The notes beneath the pieces are model-generated. The model searched no databases. It was not told the origin of the DNA and worked only from the letters and a program-made list of their open reading frames with translations. Below are positions 30,948 to 40,000 of a stretch of DNA of 64,000 nucleotides, one piece after another. Position 1 is the first letter of the stretch. Every line of letters begins with the position of its first letter. This stretch comes from Escherichia phage LAMP. The DNA lies in the sequence record MG673519.1; one strand, given 5' to 3'. The translations under genes were made by a program, and so were the position numbers.

Positions 30948-31340
30948 TCATCGAATCACCAAAGGCTCTTCAGAGTACACAGGAGCGGCTATTTCTACAG
31001 GAGGTGCTGCCCTAAGGTCATTAAGTCTTACTCCCTTCAGCATCCCATCTAGGTGGTCCTTTTTGGGTATTCCAACAGGGAAGTCGTCAATCCAGATATC
31101 TACAAAGAAACCTAACTGGCGACATACGTCATCTTTCTGAACACCATTGCAAAAGATGATAGGAATCTGCAAACGCTCTGCATCAATCTTAATGTCATGA
31201 TTATCATACCCATTAGGCTCTGCAAAGCGGTAAGTTACAAAACGTACATCATAACCTTTGGCTTGCATTAATGCCACCACAGATCGCCACAGCTCTTTAT
31301 CTGAGGTGTAAGTATCATCGTAATCTAAACCAATATTCAT
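30948..31340 (-). CDS. HAD-like hydrolase (possible nucleotidase or phosphatase)
   Basis: N-terminal LDYDDTYT resembling HAD motif I DxDxT and later IWIDD. Confidence 0.4.
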   Translation of the reverse strand: MNIGLDYDDTYTSDKELWRSVVALMQAKGYDVRFVTYRFAEPNGYDNHDIKIDAERLQIPIIFCNGVQKDDVCRQLGFFVDIWIDDFPVGIPKKDHLDGMLKGVRLNDLRAAPPVEIAAPVYSEEPLVIR

Positions 31341-31361
31341 GTTGAATCCTTTTAGACAAGA

Positions 31362-31390
31362 AAAGCCGCCCTAAGGCAGCTTCTTATTTA
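31362..31390 (-). terminator. candidate terminator
   Basis: Imperfect hairpin aagccgcc/ggcagctt followed by T-rich tract on the minus strand. Confidence 0.4.
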
Positions 31391-31578
31391 ACTATTCACT
31401 TTAGCTTCAAGTGTTTCATTTTCAATACTCAAGTCAATCACTACGCCAGTAAGCTCAACGACTGCTTGGCGAAGGGCGTCTTTACCCATAGAATGTACTT
31501 GAGATAAGAAGAAAGCTTTACCTTCTTCTGTGGATAGGGTTTCTTTTAATTCAGAAGCAGTCATTGATGTTCCTTATT

Positions 31579-31746
31579 TTACATTGTATAAATTCGCATG
31601 ATTGTACCACCATCAGCTTCAATAGCAGAAACAACTTCATCTCGTTCTTCATCCGTGTACACTAGTACGCTTTTAAACGAGCCAGTCACATCTGTGTACA
31701 AAATGTTGTACTTGGGAGGTGGTTTACGGTAAATACCTTCCATCAT
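31579..31746 (-). CDS. hypothetical protein
   Basis: Start moved to MMEGIYRK Met preceded by gaggag. Confidence 0.35.
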   Translation of the reverse strand: MMEGIYRKPPPKYNILYTDVTGSFKSVLVYTDEERDEVVSAIEADGGTIMRIYTM

Positions 31747-31940
31747 TCTTTCTCCTCTCGTTCTTTCCACAGTTCAGCAAGCTCTAGGTAGAACTCAGCT
31801 TCATCAGGACGTCCTTGTTCATTACAGATGGCGCTTTGACGATAACACCAATCTGATGGCATCTCTTCCACTTCAATCTCCTTATTATGAACTAATCAAT
31901 AAGACTAGTTCATTTGTATTTCAATCTTTCAGTTCTGAAT

Positions 31941-32422
31941 TTAGTGTGTATGCATCCAGTTTAACCCAATCTGACAATCAGAAGCCAGAGGACATTCCAT
32001 GTTCAAGTACTCACCAGCCTTCTTAACACAAAGCTCGGTGTACTCTTTGAGTTTCTGTACATCATTACGGTTCACTGAGAACTGGCCCTCATCGTGCATA
32101 TCAATTACCTTAGCACAACGAACTCCATCTTTCTCAATCCACTTGTTAAGGAACATCATAGCATATTTCATAACAACAGCACCAGCACATTGTAGGAGTG
32201 TGTTAAGGGCTTTATGAACCATAACCTTACCAGTGGCATCCCGTCTCATTGTAATCTTACGACCATCAACGCCAATCAAATACCCTTGAGCAGCTTTCTC
32301 TGTCATACGATCAATGAGGATTGCAATACAAGGATTCTCTGCCAAGAAGCGTGCTCGCATCACTGAACCTTCGTCAGCTCCACCACCTACGATTGAACCA
32401 AGCTTAGCATCACCTGCCCCAT
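31941..32422 (-). CDS. DNA polymerase (family A, T7 gp5-like), exon 2
   Basis: Frame open upstream of the annotated Met and encodes GAGDAKLG (motif B continuation); contains motif C VIDMHDE. Confidence 0.8.
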
Positions 32423-32726
32423 CAATAGTTCAAGCAAAGGCGCTACTCTTTGCTCCGTTCTCTTATGAACTGCTTACAGTTTCCTGTAAGATCGGACTAT
32501 ATCTTCATCTCCACCTTTACGTGCTGAGAGACAGGCGCTTCCGTAACACTTGTTACGTACTCCCTTCCGGGATAGTCTCTGAACTTTCCGTGACACAAAC
32601 TTTTCTACATAGATCATTGATGTTTATGTCACGGCTTAGCTGCTGATTGGCATATCTTTCGACTTAGCTTTCCAGCAATTCACCTGTTTTGCTTCTGCAC
32701 ATTTCTATGCAGTGAACCAATTATTT
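32423..32726 (-). mobile_element. group I intron (about 304 nt, no ORF) interrupting the DNA polymerase gene
   Basis: Exon 1 stops one codon after TFIYAFN; joining 32727 to 32422 restores NYGAGDAKLG; 5' exon ends in U, intron ends in G, GGUU near intron 5' end can pair with exon AACU. Confidence 0.7.
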
Positions 32727-34089
32727 AGTTAAAGGCATATATAAACGTCTTCGCATTATCACGAGTAGGAAGACCAGCAAGTTTCTGGTTGTGGGAGTGG
32801 ATATCACCTTCAAGAAGGATATCACGATACATAATAGCAGAAGCTAAACCACGTTCTGCCAGAGCTTTCTTAGCTGGATTATTCTCTTCGATTGCTTCAG
32901 CAAGCATATCCCTACACTCTTTAATGAGGTAGTGAGCGAGCATACGAAGTTCAAGTCCAGAACCATCATACCCTAAGAATACTTCTTTACCAGCGGGTAT
33001 GTAATATTTGTAAGCACCTACAGGCTTATCTTTCTTCCCCGGCTTACCTTTCTCGTAAATTACGTTAGTACCTTTTCGTATATAACAACCATCAGGAACA
33101 ACGTTAGTAATAACGAAAGGACGAGAGTGATCACTGTCTGAATTATAGTCAGACTCAAACAAACTGCGACACTCATGACCAAACAAACCACGGGAGGGAA
33201 TATTAACCACGATACGATGTTTGAATCGAAAAGTTGGCGTAGCGCAGCTGTTAGCTTCTGCCGAAAGTTTACCATCTTCGCGTTCCTTTGCTATGAGTCC
33301 ACTGATAAGACCTAGCCTGTGAGCCGCTACAACGCGCCTCTTAAGCAAACTTCCAACACTCCCTAGCTCGCCCCCTAACCCTTCTTCAAGAGTCTCCTCG
33401 AGGTTTGTAGGAGCTGTAGGCCACTTGTTTGAGGTAGCTAGTGCTATCTTAATCTCATCAAACGTGATAGGTCTACGTCGGTTAGGGTTTAAACCTAAAC
33501 CAAACACATAAGCCTTCATATAGTTCTTAGTCTTAAACCTAAAATGCTTCTCTAAGAACCTCCTAATATCTGCGTCAACCATCTCGGCTGTCTGCTTCTG
33601 TTTAGCATTACCTCGCATCCAAGCTGAATACCACGCTTGGTATGTTCCATACTTTCGTATATCTTTCTTGATTTCAAAAGTATTCCAAGGTTTCTTTGAT
33701 ACGTTAAACTCTGGAGGAAGAAAACCCTCATCCATAAGGGCTTCTTTAACTCGTGCATCTTTCGATGGGTCAAAGTCCACGTATTCAACACAGGTGAATG
33801 CTCCACCAATGTCTTCTCTCTTAAGGCCAACTCTATCACAATAGGCTTGAGGCCACTTCTGTAAAGCTCCAGACTTCTTAAATGGCTTCATATAAGTAGA
33901 GCCATCTAGTCTCATCTTAGGTAAGAGAGGGATCAGTTCTTTGTCGATATTAACAATAATCTCTTTAAGGAGGTGAACATACCACCGAGCATTTCTTCGG
34001 TTGAAACTCACTCCGTGCTTCGCTTGCTTAGAGATTATATCAGCGACAGTCATCTCTGTCAAAAATGGGAGAGCGTCCGGGTTGCTCAC
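32727..34089 (-). CDS. DNA polymerase (family A, T7 gp5-like), exon 1 (polymerase domain)
   Basis: Motif A GYDGSGLELRMLAH and motif B RDNAKTFIYAFN; colinear with T7 DNA polymerase from the end of its exonuclease domain. Confidence 0.85.
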
Positions 34090-34105
34090 TTTATACTCCT
34101 TTAAA

Positions 34106-34528
34106 TTATTGGTAAAGTAAATCTGTAAATGCTTGGTTGTCTTCTACTACATCTAGCAAGGTTGCTTCGTTACTATAAGACCTAACTGTCCCGTTGACAA
34201 CTGTCCGAGTAGGAGAGGGAGGTGGTGTATGGTTAGCTCTAGCTTCACGAGGTTGCTCTCGTACTAAATGAGCCATAGCCATTTGGTTAGCGACTTCTTC
34301 TCTTTCTCGAATAGCTCTCTGAATATAAGCTAGCTTCATGCCCCAAGCTTCTTCAAATTCTTGAGGATGTTTGTCACTGATAACCACATATTGACGTTCA
34401 GGGATACCAGAGCGAATCTCTGATAAGAGTTCACAGAACAAATCCAGTTCGTGTTCAGTGAGATTCATTTCGATATCATCCCACTTGAGAACTAGGAAAC
34501 GGTTTTGATATCTAGTCGGTAATGGCAT
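34106..34528 (-). CDS. hypothetical protein
   Basis: 140-aa ORF. Confidence 0.35.
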   Translation of the reverse strand: MPLPTRYQNRFLVLKWDDIEMNLTEHELDLFCELLSEIRSGIPERQYVVISDKHPQEFEEAWGMKLAYIQRAIREREEVANQMAMAHLVREQPREARANHTPPPSPTRTVVNGTVRSYSNEATLLDVVEDNQAFTDLLYQ

Positions 34529-34531
34529 AGC

Positions 34532-34786
34532 TTAACCTTTAGGGAATGGGATGAGGTTTTCTACTGCAACACGGAATTCTTTCTCTACATCTTTATTCTT
34601 ATAAGAAATAAATTTCCCATCAGCACCACGGAGGATTACGTTAGTACGAGCTGTTTTTGGGTTATGACTGATTTGGTTTGCAATGAGACTAATGTTGAGT
34701 TTAGTGTTGTGGTTATTGGTGAATTTCCACTTAGCCAGACGGTTAGTCATTACATCAATGATAGTTACAGTTTTTACAATAGACAT
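34532..34786 (-). CDS. hypothetical protein
   Basis: 84-aa ORF. Confidence 0.35.
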   Translation of the reverse strand: MSIVKTVTIIDVMTNRLAKWKFTNNHNTKLNISLIANQISHNPKTARTNVILRGADGKFISYKNKDVEKEFRVAVENLIPFPKG

Positions 34787-34854
34787 AGTTATTCCCTAAG
34801 AAGTTTAGTTTGGTTTATATAAAAGAAAAGGCCACCCATTTGGGTAGCCTTATA

Positions 34855-35172
34855 TTACGATGAGCTTAAAGCTCCTTTGCGTGCTCCAGCTGCTTTTCCA
34901 GCTCGATCACCACTTTTGCCGCCGTTTGAACGGTTTGAGCTGACTGATTCAACACGTAAGTTGCTTGACGCATTAGAGCCTCCAGACTTGACAGCTCGTT
35001 TGTGTCCAACGTCTTTACCTCTGACAGCAGCTTTTCCATCGCGCTTTTCAACGATGCGACGTGCACGGTGGCGCTGAGCATCTCCGCTCTTGCTCCCAAT
35101 GCCTGTCTCACCACGGGCAATTGCGGTACGTCTTTCTTGTGCATAATCTCTCTTTCCTACATGGTCTGCCAT
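34855..35172 (-). CDS. highly basic Arg/Lys/Gly-rich protein
   Basis: ATG preceded by AAGGAG and by a TAATGTATA motif; a second long ORF (34866-35144) overlaps it in another frame. Confidence 0.4.
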   Translation of the reverse strand: MADHVGKRDYAQERRTAIARGETGIGSKSGDAQRHRARRIVEKRDGKAAVRGKDVGHKRAVKSGGSNASSNLRVESVSSNRSNGGKSGDRAGKAAGARKGALSSS

Positions 35173-35208
35173 TTAGAACTCCTTAATATATCAGTGTACA
35201 CTAAGGAG

Positions 35209-35217
35209 TATACATTA
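35209..35217 (-). promoter_or_regulatory. TAATGTATA motif (minus strand), candidate promoter
   Basis: Reverse complement of 9-mer 37 nt upstream of the 35172 start. Confidence 0.45.
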
Positions 35218-35583
35218 TGAATGATGTTAAAACTCTGCTAAGTATTTAATATCAGAGGCATATACCTCATCAAAGGAAATAACTTCTCCATTGTAAAGAA
35301 GTTCTATCTTCAATATACCAGAGCATTTGGTGTCTTTAGAATCAACCCTGATAGAGAGTTTATCAATTATCTGAGCTTTAATCTCTTCTATCATTAACTC
35401 TTGAGTGTTATTCACTCCACCCTCCCGGTGGTACAAAATCATCAGGAACGTCAATGATAGTAGGTTCTCCATTATTCATGCAGGTGTCTTCATTGAACTC
35501 TTCACACTCAAAGCATGCTCGTTCGATATTTTTGTAGAAGTCGATGATTGCTGAACCATCACCACAATCTCGGATAACTAGAG

Positions 35584-36333
35584 CTACTTGCACTTCTCTT
35601 GTCCTTTTTCCATTGCTTTAACAATAGCTTTACAGAAACCAGAACGAACAATGTCATCTGATTCACCATCTACAATCTCAGCGAACTCATACAGATCATG
35701 TTCATCAATAAAGTTAGTAGCCCAAGTAAGACCACTCTCACGACCACGCATGTCATGCTGGTTAGTATCACCCATGCAGAACAGTTGAGAGGTTTCTCCC
35801 AATCGAGTCATGATTGAGAAGGCTTCATCTTTAGTGGTGTTCTGGAATTCATCAACAATAACAACAGCATCATTGAAAGAACGACCACGGAGATATTCCA
35901 GAGGTACGAACTCAATATTACTGTTACCAAGCTGGCATTCATAGAACCCCTTACCATATCGCTGAGTAATAACATCGATGATAGGCATCAGGTATGGTTC
36001 AAACTTCTCACGCATCCCTCCCGGAAGTAACCCAAGAGAGTTGCCCATACCAACTGAAGGACGGCTAAGAATGATCTTCTGAATCTTACCACTCTTCAGA
36101 GCATCGATAACTGTAGAAGTGATTACATAGGTCTTACCACAGCCCGCAGGAGCGTCTGTGAACACAACTTGCTTAGTCTTAATGGCATTTAGCAGCTCAG
36201 ACTGAAACTGGTTCTGAGGGACTACAGGCTTTGCTAAAACCACCTCTTCATACTCTCGTTTACCCTTACGAGTGACAAGTGCTTCCCGACGAAGGTCTTT
36301 CCGTGATTCTTTCCGTGATTGACGACGACTCAT
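35584..36333 (-). CDS. phoH: PhoH-like ATPase
   Basis: Walker A APAGCGKTY, ILSRPSVGMGNSLGLLPG, PLEYLRGRSF, DEFQNTT. Confidence 0.8.
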   Translation of the reverse strand: MSRRQSRKESRKDLRREALVTRKGKREYEEVVLAKPVVPQNQFQSELLNAIKTKQVVFTDAPAGCGKTYVITSTVIDALKSGKIQKIILSRPSVGMGNSLGLLPGGMREKFEPYLMPIIDVITQRYGKGFYECQLGNSNIEFVPLEYLRGRSFNDAVVIVDEFQNTTKDEAFSIMTRLGETSQLFCMGDTNQHDMRGRESGLTWATNFIDEHDLYEFAEIVDGESDDIVRSGFCKAIVKAMEKGQEKCK

Positions 36334-36515
36334 TTACGCTCTCCAATTTCTTCGTAATGACACTCAGTGGTTAAACAATCTTTACAGATTGCTGTATAAA
36401 CCCTGACGTTAGTAAATCGTTTGTTCTTCCCTTTGGTTGGAGAGCCTTTAGCAAGCTCTCTGATAACCTTGTTACTTAAGTGAAGGTTTGTGCCTTCGCA
36501 TTTAGAGCACTTCAC
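36330..36515 (-). CDS. small zinc-ribbon protein
   Basis: CxxC near N-terminus and CxxC(L)xxxC near C-terminus. Confidence 0.35.
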   Translation of the reverse strand: MKCSKCEGTNLHLSNKVIRELAKGSPTKGKNKRFTNVRVYTAICKDCLTTECHYEEIGERK

Positions 36516-36736
36516 TCAGGCTCACCAACAGTAACTTCCCATACAACTTGAGAGATGATATTGTTGATCTGTTTGATTTGCTCGTAAGTCAGTTGCATAC
36601 CTTTCATCTTCCGAGAGGCATTGCTTCGTGCTCTTCGCTGACGGTAGAAGTTATTCTTTTTAGTAGAGTGTAATCTACTCATTTCACAATCTCCACTTCT
36701 TCAATACTGTACCCTTCAAAATACTCACCATCTTGA

Positions 36737-37093
36737 TCACACTGGTTGATTGCTCTTGTTAGTGCCCACACTTTCATTATTCTTCTCTTTATGAAGTCTA
36801 TAAACAGCTGTCGCCATGCAAGCAACAGCTTCATTGTGTGGGAGATGCATCCCTGTAGAACCATCCCAATCTTTGAACTCATTGTCAAAGACTCCAGTAG
36901 GTTCTGGATATAGAGCTTGCAACTCAACCAAATCATTAGCAACTTGTTGCCATTTATCATCAGACCAGATAGGGTCATCCAACCAGTAATACAAATAGGA
37001 ATGGATGATCAATTGCCTTCTGTGCCGATTAATTACTTCAGCGGGACTTATCTCACTTCCATTTGAAGTCCTAAATGTATTACTGTCAATCAT
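36737..37093 (-). CDS. small protein resembling NAD-dependent DNA ligase domain Ia
   Basis: RHRRQLIIHSYLYYWLDDPIWSDDKWQQVANDLVELQALYPE parallels the LigA N-terminal [31 protein letters not shown] segment. Confidence 0.35.
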   Translation of the reverse strand: MIDSNTFRTSNGSEISPAEVINRHRRQLIIHSYLYYWLDDPIWSDDKWQQVANDLVELQALYPEPTGVFDNEFKDWDGSTGMHLPHNEAVACMATAVYRLHKEKNNESVGTNKSNQPV

Positions 37094-37095
37094 GA

Positions 37096-37752
37096 TTAAT
37101 TATTCCAAGTAGTTGATAAGGCTTTCCAAGAGATAGGATAAAGTTTCTTCATTTCTTCATCAATAGTTTGTGCAAACAGTCGGACCTCATACTGAGCGTG
37201 CTCTGACAGACGTTGACGGCACACATCTGACCAGCCATATAGAGAGCCAGTCCACACCCACTCAGTGATCATCCCCTGAGGAAGAACAAATCGAGCTTGC
37301 TCTGGTGCAACAAATTCAATCAACTTATCATATGCTGCTAGAGAGGATTCATATGCATCGTTAATCAGCATTAATGCTTCAGCTCGTTCTCCATCGATGA
37401 GTTGAATCCCTGAACCTGCATGGAGGTCCGAAGGTCTCGCAAAAATCTCTTTAGGGATGAAGACTTCAACTGCTCCATCTTTATACCGACGGGACATTTC
37501 GTTCCACGAGAATCCAACCTGATGCTTGCCCAGCTGTCTCGCAATTGCGATAGGTGCTTTGCATCGGAAACTAACTTGTGGATGTCGGAATGGAGTAACA
37601 TGCTTTTCTCTTGCGAGGAAGTTGATGAGACGTTCATCACGTTCATTTAAATCACCTTCACGGGTTACGCCAAAGGAAACTCGAGCTGCGTTTACTACGC
37701 TACGATCACTTCCCATAGCTTCGATTAATGTTGCTTGTAGTTGTTCATTCAT
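37096..37752 (-). CDS. thyX: flavin-dependent thymidylate synthase
   Basis: AARVSFG, TPFRH, KAPIAIARQ and SWNEMSRRY match ThyX signature regions. Confidence 0.8.
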   Translation of the reverse strand: MNEQLQATLIEAMGSDRSVVNAARVSFGVTREGDLNERDERLINFLAREKHVTPFRHPQVSFRCKAPIAIARQLGKHQVGFSWNEMSRRYKDGAVEVFIPKEIFARPSDLHAGSGIQLIDGERAEALMLINDAYESSLAAYDKLIEFVAPEQARFVLPQGMITEWVWTGSLYGWSDVCRQRLSEHAQYEVRLFAQTIDEEMKKLYPISWKALSTTWNN

Positions 37753-37767
37753 CCGTGAATTTCCTTA

Positions 37768-38043
37768 TTACTTATTATTTAGGGCTGTGTCCAAAAATGC
37801 TTTCAGGTTTGCTTCAGTCTGCATACCAGAGAGGCTGTAATGTGCGCCACTATTACGATCAGGTACAACGAAAGCAGGAATGCTTCGTACACCATACTTA
37901 ACAGCTTGTTCACGACCATCACCTTCAAGGATGTTAATCTCTTCCACTTCTACATCAAACTCCTTAACAACCTTCTCAAAGGTAGGAGCCATTGCTTTAC
38001 ATGGAGCACACTGATCACTATAAAACTTAATTACTTTAGACAT
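37768..38043 (-). CDS. thioredoxin/glutaredoxin-like protein
   Basis: CAPC redox motif near N-terminus, about 90 aa. Confidence 0.6.
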   Translation of the reverse strand: MSKVIKFYSDQCAPCKAMAPTFEKVVKEFDVEVEEINILEGDGREQAVKYGVRSIPAFVVPDRNSGAHYSLSGMQTEANLKAFLDTALNNK

Positions 38044-38051
38044 GTAAATCC

Positions 38052-38231
38052 TTATGCAGTCAGGAGGTGAAGCAGGAATGGGATAACAACAGCTGCGATA
38101 ACCATGATAGTTGATGCTGTTTGAATCTCACCTTTCTGATCAGGAGTTTCTTCAATAAGCTTACCAGAAGCCCAATAAATACCACCACCAATAAAGATAG
38201 CCCAAATACCCCATACGATTGCTGATAACAT
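38052..38231 (-). CDS. small two-TM membrane protein (59 aa, below ORF-track cutoff)
   Basis: Hand translation MLSAIVWGIWAIFIGGGIYWASGK...TIMVIAAVVIPFLLHLLTA. Confidence 0.35.
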   Translation of the reverse strand: MLSAIVWGIWAIFIGGGIYWASGKLIEETPDQKGEIQTASTIMVIAAVVIPFLLHLLTA

Positions 38232-38289
38232 ATATTCATATCCTTATAAAGAGAAAACCCCGTCTATTCCTAGACAGGGCTTGAGTTTT

Positions 38290-38853
38290 TTAGTAAGACA
38301 CATCACCACTTGAGTGGGACATGTTGCTCTTGACGAAGTAGCAATACTTGCCAAGACCTTCATTGATTTCTTGAAGCATACTTTGATCGACTGGATAAGT
38401 GGCTAAATCGCCATCAAACTCATCCATCTTCTCAATAATACACATCAAGGTCATGCACATATCAGAGAGCATACCGTCCATGTCTAGATCAGCGTTACCC
38501 TCTGAGAACCAAGCATGAGAGAGGTAGTTAGCTGCTGTAGCATCCACTTTAACACAGTGGTAACGCATACGTTCAGCAATACGATCTCCTACTTGTCGTG
38601 CGTAATCTTCCAGCTCGTCAAACATACCATGAACACCCTGAAATCCTGCACCAGAGACGTTCCAGTGGTAGTTTTTAGCTTTGATGTGCAAGAGTTCCAT
38701 ATTAGCTTGTAAGCAGCTCAGGATGTGTTCTAGGCTGTTTCCGCTAATCATGCCTTGCATTGTTTCAAGGCGAGAGATTGAAAGCTCAGACCGGTCTAAC
38801 ATGCTGTAGCTGTCACGACCAATCTCAGGTAAATCAAAGACATTCTTATGCAT
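38290..38853 (-). CDS. Dps-like ferritin-fold protein
   Basis: NYHWNVSGAGFQGVHGMFDEL...DRIAERM and C-terminal YFVKSN resemble Dps family. Confidence 0.6.
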   Translation of the reverse strand: MHKNVFDLPEIGRDSYSMLDRSELSISRLETMQGMISGNSLEHILSCLQANMELLHIKAKNYHWNVSGAGFQGVHGMFDELEDYARQVGDRIAERMRYHCVKVDATAANYLSHAWFSEGNADLDMDGMLSDMCMTLMCIIEKMDEFDGDLATYPVDQSMLQEINEGLGKYCYFVKSNMSHSSGDVSY

Positions 38854-39175
38854 TTGGGTTTTCTCCATCAAGTTCAACTGAGTTAGCAACGTTACGTGCA
38901 ATATTGTCCATTACCTGCTGGGTAATTACGATGCAGTTCTGTGGGTCTACTGACTTAGAACGCCCCATTTCTGGGTCATACACCTTAACACGCTTAGCAG
39001 TTGAACCTGTAACCTGAAGAACCTTCAACAGATATCCCTGATTACCGATAGACCAAGCAACAACATCACGATTCTTGATAAAGCGACCAAGCATATCACG
39101 ATGATAAAACTGTTGCATCACCTTGGATTTTGTAATCTCTTCAGTGGGCGGGGCCACTTTACTCAAATCTAACAT
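38846..39175 (-). CDS. hypothetical protein
   Basis: 109-aa ORF; TATACATTT promoter-like motif 40 nt upstream. Confidence 0.4.
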   Translation of the reverse strand: MLDLSKVAPPTEEITKSKVMQQFYHRDMLGRFIKNRDVVAWSIGNQGYLLKVLQVTGSTAKRVKVYDPEMGRSKSVDPQNCIVITQQVMDNIARNVANSVELDGENPNA

Positions 39176-39215
39176 AACTCTCTCCTGTAAAATACAAATT
39201 CTTATTGTACTCTAT

Positions 39216-39224
39216 ATACATTTG
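39216..39224 (-). promoter_or_regulatory. AAATGTATA variant of the TAATGTATA motif
   Basis: One mismatch from the 9-mer, about 40 nt upstream of the 39175 start. Confidence 0.3.
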
Positions 39225-39247
39225 AGAGTTACCATATCTACTACCAA

Positions 39248-39457
39248 TCAGTAGTGAACTTTTCCACTAATATAAACACGACCAGAGGAATACTCTCTGG
39301 CCTTATGAATACTGATACTCTTAGTTAAATCTGTATTGAACATAGACTTTTTAAAATCTCGAGCCTGTTGACGAGTAGGAAGTGCAGTCATGGTCATACC
39401 ACCTGATGCCCACTTAATCTTTGCTAACCAAAACTGTCTCATAATGATTGGCCTCAT
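39248..39457 (-). CDS. hypothetical protein
   Basis: 69-aa ORF coupled to dcd-like gene. Confidence 0.3.
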   Translation of the reverse strand: MRPIIMRQFWLAKIKWASGGMTMTALPTRQQARDFKKSMFNTDLTKSISIHKAREYSSGRVYISGKVHY

Positions 39458-39991
39458 TTACACACCTTTAGATGCAACTACACCTTCAGAATTATTATAA
39501 CGACCTTTCACTGCATAGGAATGCTCCCCTGCATGAGAGTGCTCAAACATGACCATCTGACCAACACGCATACCAGCACGAACTCGTAAGCTGTGATGTT
39601 TGGTCACATTATGGAATTCAAACGTCAACTTACTGTTATTAAACCCGCCGTCTGCCCACCCGGCGTGAAGATGGTTCAAACCACAACGAGCCATAGATGA
39701 ACGCAGGACAAACAGGCTTGAAATGTTATCTGGAAGGTTAAACTCCTCCATAGAGTGAGCCAAGAAGAACTGACCCGGAGTGATAACCAAACCCTCTTCA
39801 GGAATTTTTACTTCCTTCCACTGAAGATTCTCTTTCGCATCAATATCAACGATGCCATCAGCCTGTTCTTCAACAAGGATAGTATCACCAATACGGATAT
39901 CCACACTAGCAGCGTTAACATACTTATGCTCCGCATCCAGATAGCCATTGTCAATTACATCATGCAGTTCAATACTTCCTAGTAAACTCAT
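39458..39991 (-). CDS. dcd: dCTP deaminase family protein
   Basis: VDIRIGD, LRSSMARCGL, AGWADGGF, RAGMRVGQMVMFE match the Dcd/dUTPase-fold family. Confidence 0.75.
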   Translation of the reverse strand: MSLLGSIELHDVIDNGYLDAEHKYVNAASVDIRIGDTILVEEQADGIVDIDAKENLQWKEVKIPEEGLVITPGQFFLAHSMEEFNLPDNISSLFVLRSSMARCGLNHLHAGWADGGFNNSKLTFEFHNVTKHHSLRVRAGMRVGQMVMFEHSHAGEHSYAVKGRYNNSEGVVASKGV

Positions 39992-40000
39992 TCTTATTCC

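Noticed and set aside
37096-37752. Alternative reading of the thyX-like gene as a dUMP hydroxymethylase indicating hypermodified DNA
   Set aside because: Known base-hydroxymethylases are ThyA-type; this ORF has ThyX signatures, and no kinase or transferase typical of hypermodification pathways was recognised.
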